Source of the DNA: Rubripirellula sp.
Lineage (GTDB): Bacteria; Planctomycetota; Planctomycetia; Pirellulales; Pirellulaceae
Assembly (NCBI GenBank): GCA_965216875.1
Contig: OZ244207.1
Coordinates: 3,360,001-3,424,000 of the forward strand
Length of the DNA stretch: 64,000 bases
Reading direction: 5' to 3'
Of this stretch, positions 46,387 through 56,884 are shown one piece after another. Both the position numbers and the translations under genes were made by a program. Each line of letters begins with the position of its first letter. The stretch's first letter is position 1. The notes beneath the pieces are model-generated. The model was not told where the DNA came from. It saw only the letters and a program-made list of their open reading frames with translations, and did no database searches.

Positions 46387-48162
46387 CTACTGGATTTGAG
46401 CGTCTTCGATTTCTTTGAGCGTCGTGTAGGCGTTGAACAAACTGCCGCCCACATGACTCTTTTGCCATTGATTCGGACCATCGGCCCGTTGAGCACGAAT
46501 TGCGAACCAATAGGTCACGACCAAACCAATCACGCCAACGACGATCGATGGGTACAAGCAAGTCGGATACATGACCGCGTCAAACCCAACGCTAACGCAA
46601 AGTGGTAGCCACAACAGCCACCACGGAAGTCCGAGCACGAGTCCCAGCCAAAGGTATGCCTTCCTGACAAGGGCGAGACGTTCACGTATCTGATCCACTG
46701 GCTGGGCATAATCGATACGGTTGATCTTCGTGCAGACGTTCGCAGCCGACGCGATCACCAAGACTCCGTACACGTGCATGATCAATCCGCTCACCAACCG
46801 GTGTGCCACGTCGGTGTTTCGTGCCCAGCATTGGGCTCCCACCGCAATGATCGCAACACCCGCGAAAATCTGAAGGAGCTGCCAACGAAAAAGGGGACGC
46901 AACGCCATGCGGACGCGATCCATCAGTTCACGACGCGTCACGAGAAGTCTCGCCGCCAACTCTTGCTGCTGAAGGCTAGCGTTCGGCGTCGGAATCGCCG
47001 ATTTGTGATCACCTTCTGGACCGGCCGTCGCGAGAACTTCCGTTGGCGCCAACGACGGATTGTCACTCGAAGTGATCGTTTGAACGTCCGACTTGATCTG
47101 GCTTACGTTTTGGTAGCGACGTTTGGGTTCCTTTTCGAGGGTACGCAAAACGACTTCATCGAGTCGCACATCGATTTCGACTTTTTGCGATGGCACAGCG
47201 AAACGTCCGATGGGAAGCTCGCCGGTCAACATTTCGTAGAACACGACGCCAAGCGAATAGATATCGGCGCGATGGTCAACGCTGCGAGCGCCTTCGAGTT
47301 GCTCGGGTGCCATGTACCTTGGCGTGCCCATGACTTGATGAGTACGCGTGAGAATGGTCGGCTGCGCATCATTGCTAAGAATTCGCGAAAGACCAAAGTC
47401 CGCGATTTTGACCGTACCGTCTTTGGTCATCAAGATATTCTCGGGCTTGATGTCGCGATGAATCACACCCTTGTCGTGGGCGAATTGCAGTGCGTCACAA
47501 AGGTGTGGCACGATCGTCAGCGCATGTTCAGGAGCGAGCTGGCCGGCGCCGACAACGTCGCGAAGGGTTGGCCCGTCGACGAATTCCATCAAGAAGTAGT
47601 AGGTGTCTTGGACTTTCCCGAACTCAAACAATGAGACGATGTTCGGGTGATTGAGCTTCGCCAAGGTCCGCGCTTCACGCGTGAATCGCAAAGCGAATTT
47701 CACATCGTGCCCAAACTCTTCAGGAAGAATCTTGAGAGCCACCGTGCGATCAAGTCCTTCTTGGCGTGCCTTGTAGACAGCCCCCATGCCGCCGGCGCCG
47801 AGAAGTTCGATGATCTCGAGGTTTGGAAACAACTCCGCCATCTTGCCGATCGTCGGTGGCGTGAACGGCCCGGTCGGCTTTTTGTCCTCGTCGAGAGCCT
47901 CGTTGATGGTTTGCAGGTGGCTGGGGAACCGGTCAATGAACTCCTGCTTGTTCGGCTGGTCACCGCGGCGGCGACGATAATCGATTTCCAGAACAATGAG
48001 TTCGGCGAGCAGAACATCTCGCTCGGCCTCACTCACATCCTCGGTCAAAACTGATTCGATCGTCTGTGGCTCGCCTGATTGCCATTGTTGCTCAAACGCG
48101 GCGCACAGGTCATCAATCCGTTCGAGAGCCGCGATCGGAAGTTTCTTGTGTCGAACGTTCAT
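46387..48162 (-). CDS. Ser/Thr protein kinase with C-terminal transmembrane domain
   Basis: GAGGMGAVY, VALK, HRDIKPEN, DFG, GTPRYMAPE and DIYSLG; about four C-terminal TM helices. ATG at 48162 lies inside the sigma gene. Confidence 0.93.
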   Translation of the reverse strand: MNVRHKKLPIAALERIDDLCAAFEQQWQSGEPQTIESVLTEDVSEAERDVLLAELIVLEIDYRRRRGDQPNKQEFIDRFPSHLQTINEALDEDKKPTGPFTPPTIGKMAELFPNLEIIELLGAGGMGAVYKARQEGLDRTVALKILPEEFGHDVKFALRFTREARTLAKLNHPNIVSLFEFGKVQDTYYFLMEFVDGPTLRDVVGAGQLAPEHALTIVPHLCDALQFAHDKGVIHRDIKPENILMTKDGTVKIADFGLSRILSNDAQPTILTRTHQVMGTPRYMAPEQLEGARSVDHRADIYSLGVVFYEMLTGELPIGRFAVPSQKVEIDVRLDEVVLRTLEKEPKRRYQNVSQIKSDVQTITSSDNPSLAPTEVLATAGPEGDHKSAIPTPNASLQQQELAARLLVTRRELMDRVRMALRPLFRWQLLQIFAGVAIIAVGAQCWARNTDVAHRLVSGLIMHVYGVLVIASAANVCTKINRIDYAQPVDQIRERLALVRKAYLWLGLVLGLPWWLLWLPLCVSVGFDAVMYPTCLYPSIVVGVIGLVVTYWFAIRAQRADGPNQWQKSHVGGSLFNAYTTLKEIEDAQIQ

Positions 48163-48754
48163 CGTTTTCGAACAGTTCCTGCTGGCATTTTTCGCGAATG
48201 AGGTGCAATCGACGCTCAATTGTCCTCTCGGAACACTCGAAACGCTCGGCAAGTTCGGCGTTCGAGTACCCTTCCAATTTGGCTACCGCTAAATCTCGCA
48301 GCTGCCCGACACCGAGATGAGAAAAAAAATGCTCAACCGACTCCTGCATCGTCACGACCATCTCAGGCGACGGCTCGTTGCCAATCACCTCGATGACGGT
48401 TTCATCGTCCCCAGCGAGTGAATGGATCGCGATTTCGCCCCCACGACGCTTCCGCATGTCGCGGCGGCGTTTGTCGATCACCTTGCGAGCTGACATCCGC
48501 AGCAGCAGTTTCCAAAGGTCGTCGCGATCCGACAGATTGGGAAACCGCCCCTCTTCGGCCGCGGCATAAAAACTGTCGAAGACGCTCAGGACAATGTCCT
48601 CTTCGTCAGAAACCGCTCGGTTCTGTCCCCCGAGCCGTCCACGCACCGATCGGACCAAGCGGTCAAAGTAGTGCTGCCACAGCTGATTGGCCGCAGCAGA
48701 ATCACCGTCTTTGACGAGGTCAATCCAATGGCTGACGTTGTTGGGGTCCGACAT
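48113..48754 (-). CDS. ECF RNA polymerase sigma factor (planctomycete kinase-associated type)
   Basis: GDSAAANQLW..YF.RL, SDEEDIVLS, LW.LL..M..RK and EGYSNAELA...CSERTIERRL..IR. Confidence 0.9.
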   Translation of the reverse strand: MSDPNNVSHWIDLVKDGDSAAANQLWQHYFDRLVRSVRGRLGGQNRAVSDEEDIVLSVFDSFYAAAEEGRFPNLSDRDDLWKLLLRMSARKVIDKRRRDMRKRRGGEIAIHSLAGDDETVIEVIGNEPSPEMVVTMQESVEHFFSHLGVGQLRDLAVAKLEGYSNAELAERFECSERTIERRLHLIREKCQQELFENDERSTQETSDRGSRTD

Positions 48755-48910
48755 GACAGTTCTGGCGAGCGTAAAGAGTGACGCTGGAAATCACCAACAT
48801 ACTGCAAAACACTCTCGCCTGTTCAGGCTGACACCATTCAGGCAGACCACCATCCTGGAAAGCGACGCTGACCCAAGCAGCCTGCGCGCCGATGCGATAC
48901 CGAGCCAGCC

Positions 48911-50362
48911 CTACGCCAGAATCTGTTTCACAACGTGTGCCGGTTCTTCGACGCCAGTCAAGCGCTGATCAAGTCCTTGGAACTTGAAGGTCAACTTTTG
49001 GTGATCGATCCCCAATTGGTGCAAGATCGTCGCGTTCAAATCACGAATATGAACGCCACCTTCCAAGATGTTGTAGCTGTGTGAGTCGGTAACACCGTAT
49101 TCGAATCCGCGTTTGATCCCGGCACCTGCCATCCAGATCGAGAAGCAGCGTCCATGGTGATCGCGACCGTGATTGTCTTTGGTCAACGAACCTTGCGAGT
49201 AGATCGTTCGTCCGAATTCGCCGCCCCAAATCACAAGCGTGTCGTCGAGCATACCGCGTTGCTTGAGATCGGTGATGAGTCCCGCAGCCGGCTGATCGAT
49301 GTCGCCGCATTGCTGACGAATCTTGGATGGCAGCGATCCGTGTTGGTCCCAACCACGATGGAACAATTGAACGTACCGCACGCCCTTTTCAACCATCCGA
49401 CGAGCCAACAAGCAGTTACGCGCGAAGCTGCCCGGTTTGTCGACATCTTCTCCGTAAAGGTTCCGAACGTGTTCGGTCTCCTGGCCGATATCCATCAGAT
49501 CAGGAACTTCGCTCTGCATTCGGAATGCCATCTCGTACTGCGAAATGCGTGCTTGTGTTTCGGGGTCGCCAAACTTGTCATACGCAAGTTGGTTCAGCTC
49601 ACCAAGGCCATCGAGCATGTCGCGACGCGCGCCCCTGGGAATGCCGGGCGGGTTGTTCAGGTACAACACCGGTTCGCCGCTGCTGCGCAGTTTGACACCT
49701 TGATGTTTGGCCGGCAGAAATCCAGATCCCCATAGTCGGTCGTAGAGAGCCTGCAACTGCCCGCGGCCCCGCGAAATCATGACAATGTAGGCGGGCATGT
49801 TGTCGTTCTCGCTGCCCAATCCATAACTCAGCCAAGCGCCGAGCGCCGGTTTGCCCTGTTGCTGGACGCCCGTATTGATGAACGTGATCGCCGGATCATG
49901 ATTGACCGCTTCGGTATTCATCGATTTGATGATCGTGATGTCGTCCACAATCTTGGACGTGTGTGGCAACAGATCCTTGTTGACCCAGGTACCGTGCTGG
50001 CCAAAACGTTCAAACTCAAACATTGGCGCGACGCACGGAAACGACTTTTGACCACTGGTCATCCCAGTCAATCGCTGACCTTGCCGCACCGAGTCGGGCA
50101 ACTCCTCGCCGTGGAACTTGCGCATTTCCGGCTTGTAGTCGAACGTGTCGATGTGGCTCGGACCACCAGCCATGAACAGATAGATGATCCGCTTCGCTTT
50201 CGGAGCAAAGTTCGGAAAGGTTGCCAGTCCAGGATTCGAGACGCCGCGCGCATGAGCAAGATTGGGCGCGTCATTGCCGAGCAACCCGGAAAGGGCGATT
50301 CCACCGAGGCCGTATCCCGACTTCAGCAACAATTGCCGACGTGATTCAGTTTGCGGGTCCAT
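48911..50362 (-). CDS. DUF1501 family protein, Tat-exported
   Basis: [57 protein letters not shown] and GRDH. Confidence 0.93.
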   Translation of the reverse strand: MDPQTESRRQLLLKSGYGLGGIALSGLLGNDAPNLAHARGVSNPGLATFPNFAPKAKRIIYLFMAGGPSHIDTFDYKPEMRKFHGEELPDSVRQGQRLTGMTSGQKSFPCVAPMFEFERFGQHGTWVNKDLLPHTSKIVDDITIIKSMNTEAVNHDPAITFINTGVQQQGKPALGAWLSYGLGSENDNMPAYIVMISRGRGQLQALYDRLWGSGFLPAKHQGVKLRSSGEPVLYLNNPPGIPRGARRDMLDGLGELNQLAYDKFGDPETQARISQYEMAFRMQSEVPDLMDIGQETEHVRNLYGEDVDKPGSFARNCLLARRMVEKGVRYVQLFHRGWDQHGSLPSKIRQQCGDIDQPAAGLITDLKQRGMLDDTLVIWGGEFGRTIYSQGSLTKDNHGRDHHGRCFSIWMAGAGIKRGFEYGVTDSHSYNILEGGVHIRDLNATILHQLGIDHQKLTFKFQGLDQRLTGVEEPAHVVKQILA

Positions 50363-50364
50363 GT

Positions 50365-53300
50365 TTAGCCTCGAGTGAGTGTTTCATCTAAGTTCAAAAT
50401 CATCTGTGCCACGACCGTCCACGCTGCATGTTCGGTGATGTCAATCGCTGCATCGCGATCCGATTGCCCGACCGCCAGAAACGCCTTGGCGTCTTCGGCG
50501 TTTGCAGCAAAGCGTTCGTGCTGTCGCTTCAAGACACCGGCCAAGATCTCCTTTTCGCGCGCCGTGGCGGAACGTGAAGTGGCCAATTGAAAGGCGAGTT
50601 CGATTCGTTGTTCCACATCCGTCTCGGATTGAATCAACCGTTGAGCAAACGCTCGTGCCGCCTCGACAAACTGAGGGTCGTTCAACGTGACCAGTGCTTG
50701 CAGCGGCGTGTTGGTACGAGCCCGTTTGACCACACACTTTTCTCGCGAGGGTGCGTCGAAGATCAACATATTCGGCATCGGCGCACTGCGTTTCCAATAG
50801 GTGTACATCGATTTGCGGTAGAGCTTGTCGCCCGAATCACGCTTGTAGCGAAGCCCACCGTTCAGGCTCACCTCGTTCCAGATGTTCGGGGGCTGGTACG
50901 GCTTTACACCGGGGCCACCCACCTGGTCCACCAAGAGTCCTGAAACGGCGAGCGCCGAGTCACGAATGAACTCACCCTGCAACCGGAATCGCGGGCTGCG
51001 TGAAAGCAGCACGTTTTCGGGATCGCTGGCAGTGTTTTCGGCACTTTGCCGCGAGCTTTGACGGTAGGTTTGCGACATCACAAACGTCTTAATCGTTCGC
51101 TTGACGTCCCAACCCGATTCGACGAAGTCGACGGCCAGCCAGTCGAGCAATTCGGGATGTGTCGGTGGTGTGCCCTGTGATCCAAAGTCGCCCGCCGTTC
51201 GCACGAGACCGCTGCCAAAGAACATTGTCCAGTAGCGGTTGATCGCTACGCGCGACGTCAACGGATGCTGCGGATCGACCAACCAGTTCGCAAGGCCTAG
51301 GCGGTTTGACGGCGCGTCGTCAGGCAATGCCGGAAGGGCTTGTGGCACACCGGCAGAGATCGGCTTGTCTTTCTTTGGCGAGTCGTACAGGCCACGATCC
51401 AAAACGTACGTCATCCGCATTTTGTCCGGGGCGTTGTCCGACATGATCATCGATGTCAGCTTCTTGCCTTCGAAGTCGTTCAATTCCTTTGTCGATTGAT
51501 CCACCGACTTACGTTTCTTCTGGTATTCCTTGTCTTCGCTCGCGAGATAGAAATTCGTGAGCGTCTCTTTCTGCTTATCTGACCGCTCGCTCGGTTCAAC
51601 GAGCAAGATTTCCTTAACCAGATCGCGTTTGGCGTGGGGCACTTCTTCGTCGCTGATCGCTCGATTGAAAATGCGAATGTCACTCACTTCTCCCTTCCAG
51701 AATCCGCCGCTTGAGCGACTTCCGATTTTGAAGGGGACTTTGGTTTCGATCGTGCCTTTGAGCGAATCGGCTTCGACTTTGTTTTCCGACAACTTGCCGT
51801 CAATAAAGATTTTGACTCCCGAGGCCTTTTGACTGCCGTCGTAGGTCAAGACCACGTGTTGCCAAGTGTTCGCCTTGAGTGCGTCTTTCGAGACGACCTT
51901 GATCGCGTCGTCAGACCACTTATTGATGATGTGTGCACCAACACTGCTACCTTGGACCCAAAAGTCGTAGCCACGGTAATGGTTGCCAACATCCATTCGC
52001 GAAAAAATCGACCCGCCCGCCTTGCCGTCGTACTTCAGCCAAGCGGCAAAAGTGAACGGCTTGTTGTGTTCGAGCGAGGTTGCCTCGTCGTTGCAGACGT
52101 AGGACGTGTTGCCGTCAAGCTGAATCGCTTTGTGGCCATCCCGTTCGGTCACCTTGTGTTTGCCACGTTCAAGCGTCGCCACACTGCCGGTGATCTCATT
52201 CTTGAGCGTTTGGTTTTCAACGCTGCTAAAGGAAAACCAATGCGCCAACCCGGGAACGTCTTTCGAGGATTCGCCACTATCGGCAAGCTTCGCTCGTCGC
52301 TCTGATGCCCATTTGGTGACTGCCTCATCGACCCCGGCAACATGTTTGTCGAGCGCACTCTGCTGCTTGGCGAGCTTCTCGCGGAGCTTGGCTATCCGCT
52401 GACTGCGTTCCTTCAAGTAGACCGACGAGACGACCTCAGTGCCGATCTCAACAATGGGCGATTGATTGCCATTGCGTGTCTGCATCCCGGGATCGGCCGT
52501 GTTGTTGAAGTAGGCATAGAACTTGTAGTACTCCTCCTGTGAAATGGGATCGTACTTGTGGTCGTGACACTGAGCGCACTCCATCGTCAACCCAAGCCAG
52601 ACTTTGCTGGTCGTCGCAACTCGGTCGACGACATATTCGACGCGAAGTTCTTCTGCGAATGCGCCACCTTCATCGCTGGTGGCATGGTTACGATTGAAAC
52701 CCGATGCAATCTTTTGTTCGGGTGTTGCGTTTGCAATCAGGTCACCGGCCAATTGTTCTTTGGTGAACTGATCGAATGGCATGTTCTTGTTGTACGCATT
52801 GATGACCCAATCCCGCCACGGCCACATGTCGCGAGGGCCGTCGGCATGCATCACGCTCGTGTCTCCGTAGCGAGCAGCATCAAGCCACGCGAGCGCCATC
52901 CGTTCGCCGTAGGCGTGCGAAGCGAGTAGCCGGTCGACGAGCGACTCATAGGCTGTGTCCAACCCGTCCGTTTCAACTTGCTTAAGAAAACGGTCAACCT
53001 CTTCGATCGTTGGTGGCAGACCGGTCAAATCATAAGTAAGACGCCGAATCAACGTACGTGGATCTGCCTGCTGCGAAAAACTAAGACCTTCGTCCTTCAG
53101 TCGCGTGCCGATGAAATGGTCGATCGGGTTGCGGTCGACGGTGTCACTTTCTTTGGTTGCCGGAACGAAAGCCCAGTGCTGTTGGTACTCGGCACCTTGC
53201 TCAATCCACTTGCGCAAGGTTTCTCGTTGCTCGTCGGTCAACTTCTTGTTGGTTTCCGGCGGTGGCATCACCAAATCGGAATCGTCCGTCATGATTCGCG

Positions 53301-53535
53301 CGATAAGCTCACTCTCATCCGGGCTGCCAGGATCGATCGCGCCGGAATCGATCGCCGCTTCACGCTCATCAAGACGCAAATCAGCGGCACGCGTCGATTC
53401 GGCCGGTCCGTGACACAGGTAGCAGTTGTCTGAAAGCAACTGTCGGATGTCACGGTTGAAATCAATCTCTTCGGACAACGCCGGCGCGGACAGACACGCA
53501 ACGACAACAACTGCTTTGAGGGCTCGATTGATCAT
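50365..53535 (-). CDS. PSCyt1 + DUF1549 + LamG-like + DUF1553 protein (2 CxxCH)
   Basis: [40 protein letters not shown], LamG insert (W.HVV.TYDGS...IFIDG), HPELLDWLA and NTPLQAL..LND. Start at 53535 or 53574. Confidence 0.92.
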   Translation of the reverse strand: MINRALKAVVVVACLSAPALSEEIDFNRDIRQLLSDNCYLCHGPAESTRAADLRLDEREAAIDSGAIDPGSPDESELIARIMTDDSDLVMPPPETNKKLTDEQRETLRKWIEQGAEYQQHWAFVPATKESDTVDRNPIDHFIGTRLKDEGLSFSQQADPRTLIRRLTYDLTGLPPTIEEVDRFLKQVETDGLDTAYESLVDRLLASHAYGERMALAWLDAARYGDTSVMHADGPRDMWPWRDWVINAYNKNMPFDQFTKEQLAGDLIANATPEQKIASGFNRNHATSDEGGAFAEELRVEYVVDRVATTSKVWLGLTMECAQCHDHKYDPISQEEYYKFYAYFNNTADPGMQTRNGNQSPIVEIGTEVVSSVYLKERSQRIAKLREKLAKQQSALDKHVAGVDEAVTKWASERRAKLADSGESSKDVPGLAHWFSFSSVENQTLKNEITGSVATLERGKHKVTERDGHKAIQLDGNTSYVCNDEATSLEHNKPFTFAAWLKYDGKAGGSIFSRMDVGNHYRGYDFWVQGSSVGAHIINKWSDDAIKVVSKDALKANTWQHVVLTYDGSQKASGVKIFIDGKLSENKVEADSLKGTIETKVPFKIGSRSSGGFWKGEVSDIRIFNRAISDEEVPHAKRDLVKEILLVEPSERSDKQKETLTNFYLASEDKEYQKKRKSVDQSTKELNDFEGKKLTSMIMSDNAPDKMRMTYVLDRGLYDSPKKDKPISAGVPQALPALPDDAPSNRLGLANWLVDPQHPLTSRVAINRYWTMFFGSGLVRTAGDFGSQGTPPTHPELLDWLAVDFVESGWDVKRTIKTFVMSQTYRQSSRQSAENTASDPENVLLSRSPRFRLQGEFIRDSALAVSGLLVDQVGGPGVKPYQPPNIWNEVSLNGGLRYKRDSGDKLYRKSMYTYWKRSAPMPNMLIFDAPSREKCVVKRARTNTPLQALVTLNDPQFVEAARAFAQRLIQSETDVEQRIELAFQLATSRSATAREKEILAGVLKRQHERFAANAEDAKAFLAVGQSDRDAAIDITEHAAWTVVAQMILNLDETLTRG

Positions 53536-53814
53536 GAAAGCAGACAAACGAGGGAGGAAAAAGTGCTTGCGCACTTGGCTGGGGATTTGACGCCAGTGAT
53601 GGCGGGCTGTGGACCCACAGAATAGTCGGTTTTGCCGATTTCCTGAAGAATGGTCCGGCCGCGATTCACCCCCTCGGTCATCGCCCGTTCCGATTATCCG
53701 GGCATTTTTCTCACGATTGACGCTCCCATCTCGGGGCCCCTCCGATTGGCGAGAAACCGAGAAATGCGTCTTGGATCGGCTGCCGAAGCGATCATTTTTC
53801 GATTTGGAGTCGCA

Positions 53815-54660
53815 TCAGTCCTCTGTGCGCCCATCGGTCAGCGTTTTGGACTTCGAAAACAACCAACGAAACGTCTGGGCAGATGAATAGACTTTTCGGC
53901 TCGCCCCGTGACCTTCATCCGGATAGATCGTCAGCTTCGCATCTCGGCTCGGCGGAACCGTCGCATTGGCGCGAATCAACTCGACCATGCGCTCGCTGCG
54001 ATCCGCCGGCACCACGCGATCGTTCTTGCCATGAAATGCCCAAACGTGAATCCCCGAAAGCTGCTCGGCCCAATGTTCAAGTTCTGGTGTGATGTCTTTG
54101 GGTCCGCCTTTCCCCAAGCCACCAACGACCGGTGCGATTGCGGCAAAGCGTTCTGGCGAATGCGCTGCCCAACACCATGTCCCATAGCCGCCCATGCTGT
54201 TGCCGGTCAGATAGACTCGGTTGGTGTCGATTGGAAAGGTCTGCACGACGTGGTCTAAGAAGCGATCCAAGTCGCTGGGAAGCCAACTTGCAGGTGTTTC
54301 TTTTGTTCCCTGCAACGCTTGCGGAGCAACAAAAATCGCCGGCTCTCCGGCGTGCGTTTCCATCCCCATCAAGGCACCGCGGGCGATGCGGTGAACGCGT
54401 TGGATATCCTCGCCGCGTCCGCCTGCTCCATGCAAAAAGATGACCAACGGGTACTTCTTTTCTGAGGTCTTGGCGGAATCGTGATTGAGTTCCACCCCGG
54501 CAACCGAGAACTTGTTGTTGAGCAGCTGTGTCGATTGCGAAACCGAGTCAGGAAGGCTCTCGATCTCAAAATCGCTTGCACGTGCCGGCGATGGCGTGGC
54601 AAACACCCCAACCACCACACAAGCGAACACCCACCGAAGGGGAACAAGTTTGCTATTCAC
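53815..54660 (-). CDS. exported alpha/beta hydrolase (esterase/peptidase-like)
   Basis: YPLVIFLHGAG, GNSMGG nucleophile elbow, FHGKND.VVP and GH. Confidence 0.88.
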   Translation of the reverse strand: MNSKLVPLRWVFACVVVGVFATPSPARASDFEIESLPDSVSQSTQLLNNKFSVAGVELNHDSAKTSEKKYPLVIFLHGAGGRGEDIQRVHRIARGALMGMETHAGEPAIFVAPQALQGTKETPASWLPSDLDRFLDHVVQTFPIDTNRVYLTGNSMGGYGTWCWAAHSPERFAAIAPVVGGLGKGGPKDITPELEHWAEQLSGIHVWAFHGKNDRVVPADRSERMVELIRANATVPPSRDAKLTIYPDEGHGASRKVYSSAQTFRWLFSKSKTLTDGRTED

Positions 54661-54847
54661 CGTGACTCTCTCAAACAGAATTGCGTTTCAAAGTTACCAA
54701 GCAACGCCCCTTTTTACATCTAGCTGAACTGTTCACCGTGTACCGGCAGTCAAAATCAAGCATAATGGAGCATCGTCATCAACGAATGAACGATGCCGAT
54801 GTTTTTCGGTACCCACCCACCTGCTGCCACCACCCGCCTGGAAACTC

Positions 54848-56884
54848 ATGCAACGTTTCCTCTTGAATTCGTGCATCGCGATCTCGGTACAGATCGTTAC
54901 AGCAAACCACTGTCTCGCTGAGCGCGATGGTCCAGGCGAACTCAAGATCATCAAGGCAACGCAGCAATACTGTGTCTCCTGTCACGGCGAAGACGACTTT
55001 GTTGTAGGTGACGTCGATCTTTCAAAGATCACATCGGACACATTGCGCACCGATGCCGAACTCACCAAGAAGCTGTTGCATGTCTTGGACACGCGGGAAA
55101 TGCCTCCCGAAGAGGAGCCGCAACTCGGATCCGAATTGCGAAAAGCGATCATCGCGGAATTGGAACCAGTCTTGCACGAAGCGGCCAGAAATGCGGACGA
55201 CATACCGCGTGCTCCGATTCGCCGCATGAATCGCTTTCAATACAACAACGCCGTCATCGATCTCTTTGAGCTGCGTTGCATTGTGTTCACTCTGCCAGAA
55301 CGAGCGATGCGGATTCACGGCAGCTATTTCCAACCCGCTTCGGAAAAGATGCCCGATTCGGTCGCTGTCGGAAATCGGCCGCTTGGCAAGTCGCAGATGA
55401 TCGAACCACGTCTTGCGGGCGTCGCAGCCTTTCCACAGGACTTGCGAGCCGAGCACGGCTACGACAACCGCGGCGATCATCTTTCACTCTCCCCGCTCCT
55501 GATGGACGAGTTCCTGAGGCTTGGACACTCGATCACGCAAAGCCCCGACTTTGTTCCTAAGCAGGTTGGCATTTGGAAAGCCTTCTTTGCTCCGCCGAAA
55601 GAGAAGGCCAATGTGCGACGCGTGGTGCGTAGTCGTTTGCGGCCGTTCTTGACCAAAGCGTTCCGTCGTCCGGCGACCAATGACTTGGTTGACCGCTACA
55701 CATCCTTTGCGATGACCAAGATGGACGAGGGGACGGGATTCACCGAGGCAATGAAGCTTGTTGCCGCAGCCACCATTTCATCGCCTCGATTCCTTTACCT
55801 TTACGATCGCGTCGATGATGAAAGAACGATCGACGACCACGAACTCGCATCGCGTCTGTCTTTCTTTCTTTGGGGAAGCCTTCCCGATCAAGGACTGATG
55901 ACACTCGCCAAGCAAGGCAAACTCAGCAACGCAGACACACTTGTCGCCGAAACCGATCGCCTTCTGCGTGACAAGAAGCTCAAGCGATTTTGCGACGGCT
56001 TCCCATCGCAATGGCTCCAGCTCGATCGCATCGTGTCGTCGATCCCCGACCGGGAACGGTTTCCCAAATTCTATTTCTCGAAGTACCGGCTCAGCATGCA
56101 CATGATGCTCGAACCCTTGTTGCTTTTTGAAACCGTTCTGATCGAAGATCTGCCGATCACCCAGTTGATCGATTCTGATTTCACCTACCGGTCTGCCAAG
56201 CTCGAACAGGCATATGGCGAATTAGGGAACAAGAACCCCGGCAAGTCGACCGGGGGCGGCGTCACGGTGTTGACCTTTCACCGCATTCCCGTCGAAGACC
56301 AACGCAGTGGTGGCGTGATCACGAATGCCGCCGTGATGACGATGACGTCGGGCCCCGAACGAACTCAGCCGATCACGCGTGGTGCATGGATTGCGGGTGT
56401 GATCTTTAACGACCCACCAGAACCGCCTCCGGCCGATGTCCCGCCACTTTCAGAAAAGCCTGACGAAGGTGAAGAGAACATGACGCTACGTCAGCGTCTG
56501 TCGGCCCACCGTCAGCGATCCGACTGCAAGGGCTGTCACGAGCAGATCGATCCGCTCGGGTTCGCACTGGAAAACTACGGTCCGATCGGTGGTTGGCGTG
56601 AAACGTACGAAAGCGGACTTTCGGTTGACGCATCTGGCAAACTCTTCCGCGAGCATGCGTTTTCGGGGCCAGTTGAATTCAAGCAGGCGATCCTAGCCGA
56701 GAAAGATCGCTTTGCCCGCGCGTTGGCTGCACACCTGATGTCCTACGCACTCGCTCGCCCCTTGGGCCCTGCGGATGAAGCAGCGCTCGATACGATCGTC
56801 TCGGCAGTCGCCGACGACGGCTACAAAATGAAAACGTTGATCAAACAAATCATTCTTAGTGAACCGTTTCGATCGAAATCATGA
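54848..56884 (+). CDS. DUF1592/DUF1588 planctomycete cytochrome c protein (2 CxxCH)
   Basis: CVSCH...EMPP, RRMNRFQY, ELASRLSFFLWGSLPD, TQPITRG.W, PPEPPP and CKGCH.QIDPLGFALE. Confidence 0.9.
   Translation: MQRFLLNSCIAISVQIVTANHCLAERDGPGELKIIKATQQYCVSCHGEDDFVVGDVDLSKITSDTLRTDAELTKKLLHVLDTREMPPEEEPQLGSELRKAIIAELEPVLHEAARNADDIPRAPIRRMNRFQYNNAVIDLFELRCIVFTLPERAMRIHGSYFQPASEKMPDSVAVGNRPLGKSQMIEPRLAGVAAFPQDLRAEHGYDNRGDHLSLSPLLMDEFLRLGHSITQSPDFVPKQVGIWKAFFAPPKEKANVRRVVRSRLRPFLTKAFRRPATNDLVDRYTSFAMTKMDEGTGFTEAMKLVAAATISSPRFLYLYDRVDDERTIDDHELASRLSFFLWGSLPDQGLMTLAKQGKLSNADTLVAETDRLLRDKKLKRFCDGFPSQWLQLDRIVSSIPDRERFPKFYFSKYRLSMHMMLEPLLLFETVLIEDLPITQLIDSDFTYRSAKLEQAYGELGNKNPGKSTGGGVTVLTFHRIPVEDQRSGGVITNAAVMTMTSGPERTQPITRGAWIAGVIFNDPPEPPPADVPPLSEKPDEGEENMTLRQRLSAHRQRSDCKGCHEQIDPLGFALENYGPIGGWRETYESGLSVDASGKLFREHAFSGPVEFKQAILAEKDRFARALAAHLMSYALARPLGPADEAALDTIVSAVADDGYKMKTLIKQIILSEPFRSKS

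Noticed and set aside
46310..46561. Acyltransferase frame open back into the kinase 3' end (possible frameshift fusion)
   Set aside because: The kinase ends cleanly after its TM domain, the extension is not protein-like, and I saw no slippery site.
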